A DNA stretch of 64,000 bases from Deltaproteobacteria bacterium. Its GTDB lineage: Bacteria > Myxococcota_A > UBA9160 > SZUA-336. Below are positions 15,777 through 25,640 of this stretch, piece by piece. The notes beneath the pieces are model-generated. The model did no database searches. It was not told the DNA's origin and saw nothing but the letters and a program-made list of their open reading frames with translations. Made by a program: the position numbers and the translations under genes. Position 1 is the first letter of the stretch, and each line of letters opens with the position of its first letter. The DNA lies in the NCBI GenBank assembly GCA_031396695.1, contig JANNLG010000171.1, positions 6,053 through 70,052 on the forward strand, read 5' to 3'.

Positions 15777-16367
15777 ATGAAAAACCCAAATCGTTCAATG
15801 GCTTGCGTTCTCGCCCTGCTGGCGTTGGCGGTCTCGGGCTGCGGCTACAACTCGATCCAGGGAGCCGACGAGAACGTCAAGGCCGCTTGGGCCGAGGTGG
15901 AGAACCAGTATCAGCGCCGCATGGACCTGATCCCGAATCTGGTCGCCACCGTGAAGGGTGCGGCGAACTTCGAGAAGGAGACGCTCGAAGCCGTGATCCA
16001 GGCGCGCGCCAGCGCGACCCAGGTGAAGATGGACGCGAGCGTGCTCGACGACCCGGAGGCGTTCAAGAAGCTGCAGGAGGCTCAGAGTTCGTTGTCGGGC
16101 GCGCTCTCGCGACTGTTGGTGGTTTCGGAGCGCTACCCGGAGCTGAAGGCGACCGCGGCGTTCAGAGACCTGCAAGCGCAGCTCGAGGGCACGGAGAATC
16201 GCATCACCGTCGCCCGCAAGCGTTACGTCGAGACGGTGGCCGAGTACAACAAGCTGGTGCGTTTCTTCCCGACCAACCTGACCGCGCGCTTCATCCTGGG
16301 CGTGGAGCCGCGGCCGACCTTCGAGGCCACGCCCGGCTCCGAGAAGCCGCCCGAGGTGAAATTCTGA
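15777..16367 (+). CDS. lemA: LemA family protein (lipoprotein).
   Basis: ATG at 15777: MKNPNRSMACVLALLALAVSGCGYNSIQ..., a lipobox, followed by the LemA domain (ENQYQRRMDLIPNLVATVKG...ELKATAAFRDLQAQLEGTENRI). Confidence 0.85.
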   Translation: MKNPNRSMACVLALLALAVSGCGYNSIQGADENVKAAWAEVENQYQRRMDLIPNLVATVKGAANFEKETLEAVIQARASATQVKMDASVLDDPEAFKKLQEAQSSLSGALSRLLVVSERYPELKATAAFRDLQAQLEGTENRITVARKRYVETVAEYNKLVRFFPTNLTARFILGVEPRPTFEATPGSEKPPEVKF

Positions 16368-17125
16368 GCGCGAGCCCCGCGCGCGCCGCGCTGATCGTTC
16401 TCGCGCTCGTCGGTGTCGCGTTCGCTCGCGATGCGCGCGCGCTCGAGATTCCCGAGCTGCGCGCGCACGTGCTCGATCGCGCGGGTCTGTTGCCGACGCA
16501 GTCGGCGCAGTCGCTCGAGCGAACACTCAGCGACTTCGAGCGCTCGACCGGTCACCAGGTGGTGGTGCACGTCACGCCATCGCTCGAGGGGCTCGAGATC
16601 GAGGACTACTCGATCCAGACCGCCGAAGCCTGGAAGGTCGGCCAGCAGAGCCTCGACAACGGCGTGATCCTCACGGTCGCGCCGAACGAGCGACGCGTGC
16701 GGATCGAGGTCGGCTACGGGCTCGAGGGCGTGCTGCCCGACGCGCTCTCCGCGCGCATCGTGCGAGACGTGATCCTGCCCGAGTTCCGCGCGGGCCGGAT
16801 GGATCAGGGCGTGCTCGCGGGCACGCGCGCGATTCTCGGCGTGATCTCCGGCGAGGTCCTGCCGGTCCCCGCGCAAGGCGGTCGACCTGCGCCATCGAAG
16901 TGGATCGTGGGGCTCTGGATCGTGTTCATCGTCGTGATGCTCCTCTCGCGCGGCCTCTTCTTCGCGCCGCCGTTCGGTGGACCCGGCATGCGGCGCGGCC
17001 GGAGCTCGAGTGGAATGCCGCCGTTCGGCGGCGGTTTCGGGCGCGGTGGCGGGGGCTTCGGTGGCGGCGGATTCTCGGGTGGCGGCGGCGGCTTCGGCGG
17101 CGGCGGCGCGTCGGGACGCTGGTGA
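16361..17125 (+). CDS. TPM-domain protein (YgcG-like) with a Gly-rich C-terminal tail. The start codon is non-canonical or uncertain (ATT 16361 or CTG 16364).
   Basis: The frame downstream of lemA reads (I/L)LSASPARAALIVLALVGVAFARDARALEIPELRAHVLDRAGLLPTQSAQSLERTLSDFERSTGHQVVVHVTPSLEGLEIEDYSIQTAEAWKVGQQ...GGGFGRGGGGFGGGGFSGGGGGFGGGG. This is a signal peptide plus a TPM domain. No ATG, GTG or TTG is in frame between the lemA stop and the signal peptide. Confidence 0.65.
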   Translation: MLSASPARAALIVLALVGVAFARDARALEIPELRAHVLDRAGLLPTQSAQSLERTLSDFERSTGHQVVVHVTPSLEGLEIEDYSIQTAEAWKVGQQSLDNGVILTVAPNERRVRIEVGYGLEGVLPDALSARIVRDVILPEFRAGRMDQGVLAGTRAILGVISGEVLPVPAQGGRPAPSKWIVGLWIVFIVVMLLSRGLFFAPPFGGPGMRRGRSSSGMPPFGGGFGRGGGGFGGGGFSGGGGGFGGGGASGRW

Positions 17126-17748
17126 TGCGCGCTTCCGAGCTGCTCGACGAGCGCGGCCGCGCGGCGATCGCCGCGGCGGTGCAGGCGGCGGAACGCGCGA
17201 CCTCGGGTGAGATCGTGCCGGTGATCGTGGAACGCAGCGACGCCTACGCCGAGCCGCGCTTCGGCGCCGCAGCGCTGGTCGCCTTCGCATCGGGCGCGGT
17301 CGCGCTCGCGTTCGCACCGGGGCTCGCGCCCTGGCTCGTGCCGACACAGCTCGGTGTGTTCGCGGCCGGCGCGTGGCTGTTCGGCCGAGCCGCGCTGCTG
17401 CGCCGTCTGGTTCCCGAAGAAGTCGTGAGCCGGCGCGTCGCGCGCGCGGCCGCGCTCACTTTCCACGAAGCCGGGCTGGTCGAGACGCGCGAGCGGACCG
17501 GCATCCTGATCTACGTCTCGCTGCTCGAGCACCGCGTAGTCGTGCTCGCCGATCGCGGCATCCACGCGCGCGTCGAGCCGGGCACCTGGGACGAAGTCGT
17601 CGCGCGCATCGTCACCGGCATCCGCGAGCGCCGCGCCGAAGCCGGCCTCGCCGACGGCATCCGGCTGTGCGGAGAGATCCTGAGCGAGCGGTTCCCGATC
17701 CGCCCCGACGACCGCAACGAGCTACCCGACACACCGCGCGGCGGCTGA
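17125..17748 (+). CDS. TPM-domain / DUF477 family protein (TLP18.3/Psb32-like).
   Basis: ATG at 17125 overlaps the previous stop (TGATG). MRASELLDERGRAAIAAAVQAAERATSGEIVPVIVERSD... is the typical second gene of LemA-TPM-TPM clusters. Confidence 0.7.
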   Translation: MRASELLDERGRAAIAAAVQAAERATSGEIVPVIVERSDAYAEPRFGAAALVAFASGAVALAFAPGLAPWLVPTQLGVFAAGAWLFGRAALLRRLVPEEVVSRRVARAAALTFHEAGLVETRERTGILIYVSLLEHRVVVLADRGIHARVEPGTWDEVVARIVTGIRERRAEAGLADGIRLCGEILSERFPIRPDDRNELPDTPRGG

Positions 17749-17774
17749 GCGCACCGGGTGCCGCTGAGTCCCGT

Positions 17775-18230
17775 TCAGACCCTTTGCTTTTTCTGGCACC
17801 TCGGGCAGATCCCGTACAGGATGTGCCGGTGCTGGGTGAGCACGTAGCCGTGCTCGGCGGCGACCTTGCGCTGCTCTTCCTCGATCGTCTCGCGCTCGAA
17901 CTCGACGATCGCGCCGCAGACCTGACAGATCAGGTGGTCGTGGTGGTGGCCCTCGCGCTCGTAGAGCGTGACGCCGTCGCGGAAGTGATGCGCGCGAGCG
18001 ACGCCCGCCTCGCAGAACAGCTTCAGCGCGCGGTAGACGGTGGCGGCGCCCACGTCCGGGCTCGAGTGCAGGACGGCCTCGTACAGCTCTTCGCTGGTCA
18101 CGTGACCCTTCGCGTGCAGGAACGCGTCGAGGATCGCGTCGCGCTGCTTCGTCTGCTTCAGACCGTGGCGCGAGAGATGCTCCGACAGCTTCTCATGGGC
18201 GCGCCGGTCGGACTCGACCCCGGATGCCAT
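17775..18230 (-). CDS. fur: Fur family transcriptional regulator (Fur/Zur/PerR).
   Basis: ...VTSEELYEAVLHSSPDVGAATVYRALKLFCEAGVARAHHF...HHHDHLICQVCGAIVEF...CPRCQ contains the HHHDH and two CxxC metal sites. Confidence 0.9.
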   Translation of the reverse strand: MASGVESDRRAHEKLSEHLSRHGLKQTKQRDAILDAFLHAKGHVTSEELYEAVLHSSPDVGAATVYRALKLFCEAGVARAHHFRDGVTLYEREGHHHDHLICQVCGAIVEFERETIEEEQRKVAAEHGYVLTQHRHILYGICPRCQKKQRV

Positions 18231-18242
18231 CGTCGGGCCACG

Positions 18243-20585
18243 CTATCGGGGGGCCGAACGCCTGTCAACGCGAATGCCGAGCAAGCGCCGCATCAGCGCG
18301 CCGAGATCGGGGTCGGAGAACATGCCGAGTGTCTCGTAGACTCTCGCGAGGCGATCGCGCACGTCGCTCGAGCGCGGCGCGAGCGCGATCTCGCGCGCGC
18401 AGTCCGTCATCGCCGAGGCGTCGGTCCGGCGCACGACCTGGCGCAGCGCAAGCACCGAGAACGGCGCCATCGAGAGCTCCTCGATTCCCATGCCGATCAA
18501 GAGCGGCGCCACGACCGGATTGCCGCCGAGTTCCCCGCACAGCGAGCACGGGATGCCGGCCGCGCGCGCCGCATCGACGCTGCGCTGGATCTCGGACAGC
18601 ACACCGGGATGGAACGGATCGTAGATCCCGGCCACGCGCTCGTTCTCGCGGTCGGTGGCGAGCGTGTACTGCATCAGATCGTTGGTGCCGATCGAGAAGA
18701 AGTCGGAGCGCGCGGCCAGGTGCTGCGCGATCGCGACCGCGGCGGGCGTCTCGATCATGACACCGAGCGGTGGCATGGCCGCGCCGAGCTCCGCGCAGAC
18801 CGCCAGCAGGTGCTCGCGCGCCGCCTCGAGCTCGTCCACCGACGCGATCATCGGCAGCATGATGCGCAGGTTGCCGGTGCCGTTCGCGCGCACGATCGCG
18901 CGCAGCTGTGCGCGAAACAGCTCGGGCCGGTCGAGCAGGATGCGGATCGCGCGCCAGCCGAGCTGCGGGTTCGCCTCTTCGATCGACTCGCCGGACAGCG
19001 CCTTGTCGCCGCCCAGATCGAAGCAGCGGATCACCACCGGGTCGGGGGCGATCTGCGTCGCCACGCGCAGGTACGCGCGCTGCTGCTCGTCCTCTTCGGG
19101 CACGCCGCGCGAGCCGAGCGCGAACACCTCCGTGCGCAACAAGCCGATGCCTTCCGCGCCGTAGCGCTTCACCAGATCGACGTCGGAGAGTCCGCCGACG
19201 TTGGCCGAGAGGCGGATCTTGCGGCCGTCGCGCGTCTCGCTCGGCAGGCCGCGCAGCTCGTCGAGCCGTCCGCGCGTCTTGCGATAGCGCCCGGAGATCA
19301 CCGTGTACTCGGCTCGCTGTGCGCGCGTGGGCGCCGCGATCACCACACCCTCGAGCCCGTCGACGATCACCTCGTCTTCGGGTCGCAGCCGCGCCGCGAT
19401 GCGCGCCACGCCGGAGACGGCCGGGATCTCGAGCGAGCGCGCGAAGATCGCGGAGTGACTGGTCGGCCCGCCGTGCTCCGTCACCAGCCCCGCGATCTTC
19501 TCGGTTTCGAGCAGCACGAACTCGCTCGGCGCGATCGCCGACGCGACCACGATCACGCCGTTGCGCAGCGGCGGATTGTGCAGTCGCACGCCGAGCAGCT
19601 CGCCGACCGCGCGCTGCAACACGTCCTCGACGTCGGCGGCGCGCTCGCGCACGGTCGCGTCGGGCGTCGCGGCGAAAATCGCCGCGTAGCCCTGCATGGT
19701 CTCCACCAGCGCGCGCGCGCCGTTGCCGTGCAAATCGACGCCGCGGCGCAGCTTGGCGCGAAAGCCCTGGTCTTCGAGGATCATGATGTGGGTGGTGAAG
19801 ACGTCTGCGAGCTCCTCGCCGAAGCGCTCGCCGACGCTCCCGCGCAGGTCGTTCAGCTGGCGCACGGTTTCGCGCAACGCGCGCTGCACGGCGCGGAACT
19901 CCGCCGCAGGCGTGCGCGCCGGCTCGTAGTCGATCGCACCCAGATCGAGCCGCGGCGCGATCAGGTGCACACGTCCGCGCGCGATGCCCGGTGAATTGCC
20001 GTTGCCGCGCAGCACCGTGCCGCGCGCGAGCGGCTCGGGCGCGCTGGCGGCGAAGCGTCTACCCGGAGCGCTCTCGCGCAGCGCGCGATCGAGCAGCCGC
20101 GCGTTGAGCACGATTGAGCCCACCTGCGCCGCGATCATCTCGAGCAGCTCGAGCTGCTCGGGCGGGAACACGCGCACGCGCGCGGTGCGCGCGGTCAGCA
20201 CACCGACCGGCTCGCCGCGCACCAGCAGCGGCACCGCCACCAGCGAGCGGAAGCGCTGCTCGCCCGAGAACGACACGGTCTGCACGCGTGTGTCGAGTCG
20301 AACGTCCGGCACCGCGATCGTCTCGCGCTGCTGCAGCGCGCGGCCCGCGATGCCCTGGCCGAGCCGGATGCGCACGCGCCCGACGGCCTGCGGGTTCAGG
20401 CCGCGCGTCGCGCGCAGCACCAACGTCTCGCCGTCCTCTTCGAGCACGTAGATCGAGCACGCCGAGGCGTGCATCCAGCGCGCGACCAGACGCACGACGT
20501 TTTCGAGCGTCTCCGCGAGGTCGTGACTGCGCGTGAGCAGCCGGCCGACGTCGCGCAGAAAGTTCGCGGATGCGCCTCGAGGCAT
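18243..20585 (-). CDS. ptsP: Phosphoenolpyruvate-protein phosphotransferase PtsP (GAF domain + enzyme I, the nitrogen-PTS EI-Ntr type).
   Basis: An N-terminal GAF domain is followed by EI motifs (GGPTSHSAIFARSLEIPAVSG, IGTNDLMQYTLATDR, CGELGGNP). Confidence 0.9.
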   Translation of the reverse strand: MPRGASANFLRDVGRLLTRSHDLAETLENVVRLVARWMHASACSIYVLEEDGETLVLRATRGLNPQAVGRVRIRLGQGIAGRALQQRETIAVPDVRLDTRVQTVSFSGEQRFRSLVAVPLLVRGEPVGVLTARTARVRVFPPEQLELLEMIAAQVGSIVLNARLLDRALRESAPGRRFAASAPEPLARGTVLRGNGNSPGIARGRVHLIAPRLDLGAIDYEPARTPAAEFRAVQRALRETVRQLNDLRGSVGERFGEELADVFTTHIMILEDQGFRAKLRRGVDLHGNGARALVETMQGYAAIFAATPDATVRERAADVEDVLQRAVGELLGVRLHNPPLRNGVIVVASAIAPSEFVLLETEKIAGLVTEHGGPTSHSAIFARSLEIPAVSGVARIAARLRPEDEVIVDGLEGVVIAAPTRAQRAEYTVISGRYRKTRGRLDELRGLPSETRDGRKIRLSANVGGLSDVDLVKRYGAEGIGLLRTEVFALGSRGVPEEDEQQRAYLRVATQIAPDPVVIRCFDLGGDKALSGESIEEANPQLGWRAIRILLDRPELFRAQLRAIVRANGTGNLRIMLPMIASVDELEAAREHLLAVCAELGAAMPPLGVMIETPAAVAIAQHLAARSDFFSIGTNDLMQYTLATDRENERVAGIYDPFHPGVLSEIQRSVDAARAAGIPCSLCGELGGNPVVAPLLIGMGIEELSMAPFSVLALRQVVRRTDASAMTDCAREIALAPRSSDVRDRLARVYETLGMFSDPDLGALMRRLLGIRVDRRSAPR

Positions 20586-20616
20586 GGCTTTCAGTCTAGC
20601 CGCCCCTTCGCTGGCA

Positions 20617-20660
20617 CAAAAAAGAGAGACACGGCCCGTTCGCGGGTGCCGTGTCTCTCT
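20617..20660 (-). terminator. Rho-independent terminator downstream of the XRE regulator gene.
   Basis: A perfect 12-bp stem GAGAGACACGGC / GCCGTGTCTCTC (20625-20636 / 20649-20660) has a 12-nt loop. It is followed on the minus strand by UUUUUUG (the A-run at 20619-20624). Confidence 0.7.
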
Positions 20661-20681
20661 TCTCGAGCTTGAAGCTCCGGC

Positions 20682-20924
20682 TCAGTCGAGGAAGACCTGG
20701 TCTTTGTCCTCGAAGCGCATGCCGAGCGCGATCAGGATCTTGCGCTTGGTGTCCATGCGGCAGTTCATGCCCTTTTCCACGGAGTGGATCGTGCGGAGGG
20801 CGACCTTGGCCTTCTTGGCCAGCTGCGCCTGGGTCATGAGCTTGTTTTCGCGAAGCTCACGCACCCGGTTCCGCTTCCGCGGCTGCTTGTCGTCCATCGA
20901 TTCTGTGAAGCTCATGTGCTCCAT
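20682..20924 (-). CDS. XRE-family helix-turn-helix transcriptional regulator (80 aa).
   Basis: ...RVRELRENKLMTQAQLAKKAKVALRTIHSVEKGMNCRMDTKRKILIALGM... is an HTH_3/Cro-C1 type motif. The gene has locally lower GC and AAA/AAG-rich codons. Confidence 0.75.
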   Translation of the reverse strand: MEHMSFTESMDDKQPRKRNRVRELRENKLMTQAQLAKKAKVALRTIHSVEKGMNCRMDTKRKILIALGMRFEDKDQVFLD

Positions 20925-21129
20925 TCCGCGGAGCTCCTCCCGGTCAAGTAGGGGTGCCCACCCTCATAGGCTCGCCCTTGCGTACTCACCGCATCCGATC
21001 GGGCTCGCGTTTCCGGTTCTTTAGCGGCGGCCAGCGTTTACGCGCTCCGGACTCAAAAGCCGTGCACGTGCGAGAGGCGACCGCGCGGCGGGGATTTGCA
21101 AAGGTCTTGCGCGAGCCTGCGCGCGTCGC

Positions 21130-23826
21130 GTGCCGGCATGTGATACGCAGCTGGACCGCGATTTGGGTGAGAGGGGAGAGGCTCTGGCGCAGCCCGATTC
21201 CAAGCCACGGGCCAGCCGCGCGCGGCGGATCTGGCGGCGGCTCGGCTTGTCCGTGCTGGTGCTCGGCCTCGCGTCGGCGGCCGCACTCACCGCCCTGCTC
21301 TACAGCGCCAACACGGAGTTCGTGGCCGGCGCGCTGTCTCGACTGACGGGAAGGCACGTCGAGATCGGCGCGATCTCGTTCCGGCCCGGGGCGAGCCTCG
21401 AGGTCGAGATCGAGCGGCTGCGCATCGAGGACGATTCGGGCCCCGACGCACCTGCGCTGTTCGAGGTCGAGCACGCGATCGGTCGCCAGGCCTGGCCGCG
21501 TCTGCTGGCGGGGCAGCTCCTGCCGCTCGACTGGGTGCTGGAGCGCCCGGTGCTGCGCCTGCGCGCGCCTGAGGCGGGCTCGACGGACGGCGGATTCGAA
21601 CTGGCCGCGCTGCCGCGATTGGGCTTGTCCGTCAGCGATGGCGAGCTCTCCTACCGAGCCAAGTCAGGGGAGCCGTGGGTGCTGAGCGGTCTGCGGCTCG
21701 AGACCACGCGCGCGGCCTTTGGCAGCCGCGTCGAGGGCGATGCGACCGGTCGCGTCGCGCGCGGCTCGAGCGCGCTGGGTGAGCTGGCCGTGCGCTTCGC
21801 CGCGGATCGCAGCCACGCCGAAGCGCGCGGCAGCGTGGTCGGGCTCGACCTCGCACTGCTGCCGCAGACGGCCGCGAAGGCGCGCGGCAACGCCACGGGA
21901 ACCTTCGACCTCTCGTACGGCTACGGCGCGGGGTCGATCGCGGGCAAGCTCGACCTCGATCTCGCCAAGCTCTCGATCGCCGTGCCGACGCTCGAGCGCC
22001 CGATCGCGCCGGCGCGCGCCAAGCTCGCGCTCGACGTGGATTGGAAAGGAGGCGTGCTCGCGCTGGGCTTGCGTCCGCTCGCGCTCGACGACTTGGTCGC
22101 CACCGGCACGTTCACGCTCGACACCGACAGCCCGGGCCGGCTGGCGCTCGACGTGAAGCTCGCGGACTTCGAGCCCGGCCGGCGCGACCGCCTGAACCCG
22201 CTGACGCTGCTCGGCATGAAGATCGACACCTGGCGGAAGGTGGCCGCGCAGATCGAGGCGGGCACGGTCTCCGACACGCACCTGGTGATCGACGTGCCGC
22301 GCATCACCGCCGGCGCGCGCCTGTCGTTCGACGCGCCGCTCGCGCCCGAGGCGTTCCAGCTCGAGCTCACCGCGCGCGACGGCACCTACCGGCCCGATCC
22401 CGACACGCGGCTCGAGAACATGAACGGGCGGCTCGCGATTCGCGGCAACCTGCTCGAGATCTCCGCGCTGCGCCTGACCGACGAGGGCAGTCCCACGCCC
22501 GAGATCAACGTGCGCATCGACGGCCTCGACCGACTCGTGCGCCTGCCTGACGACGAGGACGAAGTCGTGGGCGGTCCGGGAGCTGAGCTGCTCGGGCTCG
22601 AGGCGGCGATCGACGGGCTGGTCGGCGACGACGGGAGTGGCGGCGCCGAGCCGCCGGCACTCACGTTCAGCGAGCTTGCGCTGCGCTACCCGGCCTTCGT
22701 GCTGCCGCTGCGCGACGCCTCGGGCGTGCTGCGCTTTCCCGCGGGCGGAATTCACACCGAGGGCGCGCGCGGCGTGCTCGGGGGCGCACCAGCGGAGCTC
22801 GACGTGACATGGCAGCCGGCCGCCGACCGCGTCGAAGTCGGGATCCGCTTCCTCGACGAGCTCAGCCGCGGCCAACCGATCACGGGGCCGACCTGGCTCT
22901 CGGGGCGGATCGCGCTCGACTCGCTCGACATCGGCGAGCTGCGGCCCACGAACGTACTGGCGCGCATCGACGCGGAGGGCACCGACGTGCGCTTCACGGA
23001 CGTCTCCGCTGCGATCGCGGGCGGCGCGCTCACCGGCTCGGGCCAGGTGGCGCTCGGCGAGGCCGAGCGCGCGCCGTTCAGCTTCGACCTGGACGTTCGC
23101 GACTTCGACGCCGCGCCGGTCGCGACGGCGTTCGAGCTGCCCGAAGCGAGCGTGGTCGGCCGTGGCAAGGCGGCGGGTCGCGTCGCCGGAACGCTGCGGA
23201 CCGGCGGCCGCTTCGCGACCGAGGGCGAGCTCGACGTGCACGTGGAGCTCGTGAAGGGCAGCGTCGCCAAGCTGCCCGGGCTGGTGGCGCTCGCGCGCCT
23301 GCCGTCGCTCTCCGGTGTCAGCGGTCTGCTCGGCCGGCCGCTGCCGTACGACACGCTCTCGCTCGACTTCAAGCTCGCGAACGGCCAGCTCGGCCTCGCA
23401 GACGCGAAGCTGCTCGGCTCGCAGCTGCGCATGCTGGGCTCGGGCGAGATGAACTTGAACACGCCGACCAAGGAGTCCGACTTCGTGGTCGCGCTCTTGT
23501 TCCTGCAGACGCTCGACTCGGTGATCGGCAGCTTGCCGATCGTGCGCAACGTGATCCTGGGCAAGGACAAGAACCTGCTCGCGCTCTACTTCCACATGTA
23601 CGGACCGCGCGACGACATGTTCGTCACGCCGCTTGCTCCGGAGCGCCTGCGCGACATCGTCGGCTTCGCGTCGAGCGCGGTGATGAAGGGCGTGCGCACG
23701 CTCGGCGGGCTGATCCCCGGCGGCGGCGGCGAAGCGGCTCCGCCGGATGCAACCGGCCCTACGGACGAGAACGAGACGACGGACGAGACGGAGCCGACGC
23801 CGACGCCCAGCCCGTCGCCGCCCTGA
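21130..23826 (+). CDS. AsmA-family / DUF3971-like large envelope protein with an N-terminal TM anchor and a Thr/Pro-rich C-terminal tail.
   Basis: N-terminal TM (LGLSVLVLGLASAAALTALLY), a long beta-rich body and the AsmA-like C-terminal region (...LSGVSGLLGRPLPYDTLSLDFKLANGQLGLADAKLLGSQLRMLGSGEMNL...). The 826-aa ORF on the opposite strand is antisense junk. Confidence 0.65.
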   Translation: MPACDTQLDRDLGERGEALAQPDSKPRASRARRIWRRLGLSVLVLGLASAAALTALLYSANTEFVAGALSRLTGRHVEIGAISFRPGASLEVEIERLRIEDDSGPDAPALFEVEHAIGRQAWPRLLAGQLLPLDWVLERPVLRLRAPEAGSTDGGFELAALPRLGLSVSDGELSYRAKSGEPWVLSGLRLETTRAAFGSRVEGDATGRVARGSSALGELAVRFAADRSHAEARGSVVGLDLALLPQTAAKARGNATGTFDLSYGYGAGSIAGKLDLDLAKLSIAVPTLERPIAPARAKLALDVDWKGGVLALGLRPLALDDLVATGTFTLDTDSPGRLALDVKLADFEPGRRDRLNPLTLLGMKIDTWRKVAAQIEAGTVSDTHLVIDVPRITAGARLSFDAPLAPEAFQLELTARDGTYRPDPDTRLENMNGRLAIRGNLLEISALRLTDEGSPTPEINVRIDGLDRLVRLPDDEDEVVGGPGAELLGLEAAIDGLVGDDGSGGAEPPALTFSELALRYPAFVLPLRDASGVLRFPAGGIHTEGARGVLGGAPAELDVTWQPAADRVEVGIRFLDELSRGQPITGPTWLSGRIALDSLDIGELRPTNVLARIDAEGTDVRFTDVSAAIAGGALTGSGQVALGEAERAPFSFDLDVRDFDAAPVATAFELPEASVVGRGKAAGRVAGTLRTGGRFATEGELDVHVELVKGSVAKLPGLVALARLPSLSGVSGLLGRPLPYDTLSLDFKLANGQLGLADAKLLGSQLRMLGSGEMNLNTPTKESDFVVALLFLQTLDSVIGSLPIVRNVILGKDKNLLALYFHMYGPRDDMFVTPLAPERLRDIVGFASSAVMKGVRTLGGLIPGGGGEAAPPDATGPTDENETTDETEPTPTPSPSPP

Positions 23827-23853
23827 GGTAGACTCCGCCCCGCGGGTGACACT

Positions 23854-24773
<920 letters not shown>

Positions 24774-24777
<4 letters not shown>

Positions 24778-25640
24778 ACCGGGAGCTCCTGCGCTCCGAC
24801 GCCGCGCGCGCCGCGCGGGCTCTGCGCGTGCGCGCGCGCCGCGACGTGTCGACGTCGCTGACCGGCGCGTACCGCAGCGCGTTCCGCGGTCAGGGGCTGA
24901 CGTTCGAAGAGCTGCGCGACTACGTGCCCGGCGACGACGTGCGCTGGCTGGAGTGGAACGCGACCGCGCGCATCGGCCGGCCGATCGTGAAGCGCATGCG
25001 CGAGGAGCGCGACGTGGTGCTCGCGCTGCTGGTCGACCTGTCGCCCTCGCTCGACTTCGGCTTCGCGGGCGCGACCAAGCTCGAGGCGGTGCGGCGCGCG
25101 GCCGCGGCGCTGGCGGCGGCCGCGACCGCGGCGCAGGACCGCGTGGCGCTGGCCGTATTCTCGCAGCGACTCACCCGCGTGCTGCCGCCCGCCAGCGGCC
25201 GCTCCGCGCTCGAGCGCGTGTTCCGCGCGCTCGAAGCGCCGAGCGAGGGTGAATTCACCGACGCGTCCGGCGCGCTCGGCTGGGCCGCGGAGAAGCTGCC
25301 GCGCCATTCGGTGGTCGTGCTGGTCTCGGATTTCCTGTTCCCCGATCCGGGGCCGGAGCTGCGCCGCTGCGCGAGCAAGCACGACCTGGTCGCGCTGTGC
25401 GTGCGCGACCCCGCCGATCGGCCCGCGCGCGGGCTCCCGCCGATCCGCGTGCGCGACGCAGAACTGCGTCGCGCACGGTGGTGGAGCAGCAGCGCGGCGG
25501 CCGAGTCCGCGCTCGGAGCGGCGCTGCCCGAACGGAGCTTGCGCGCGATCGGCGCCGACTTCGGCGAGCTGTGGACGGGCACGCGGCTGCTGCCGAGTCT
25601 GTTGCGCTTCTTCGAGGAGCGCGCGCGGAGACGGCATTGA
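24774..25640 (+). CDS. DUF58 domain protein (vWA-like MoxR partner).
   Basis: ATGA overlap with moxR. ...GAYRSAFRGQGLTFEELRDYVPGDDVRWLEWNATARIGRPIVKRMREERD... is the DUF58 signature. Confidence 0.85.

Noticed and set aside
16340-16370. Possible programmed -1 frameshift from lemA into the TPM frame, which would explain the missing start codon.
   Set aside because: There is no X-XXY-YYZ slippery heptamer or downstream pseudoknot at the junction (GAG GTG AAA TTC TGA). Rare-initiator or termination-reinitiation coupling is simpler.
17030-17110. Short tandem GGC/GGT/TTC nucleotide repeats, considered as a possible CRISPR or microsatellite.
   Set aside because: They lie inside the coding region and encode the GGGFG-rich tail of the TPM protein. 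They have no spacer or repeat architecture.
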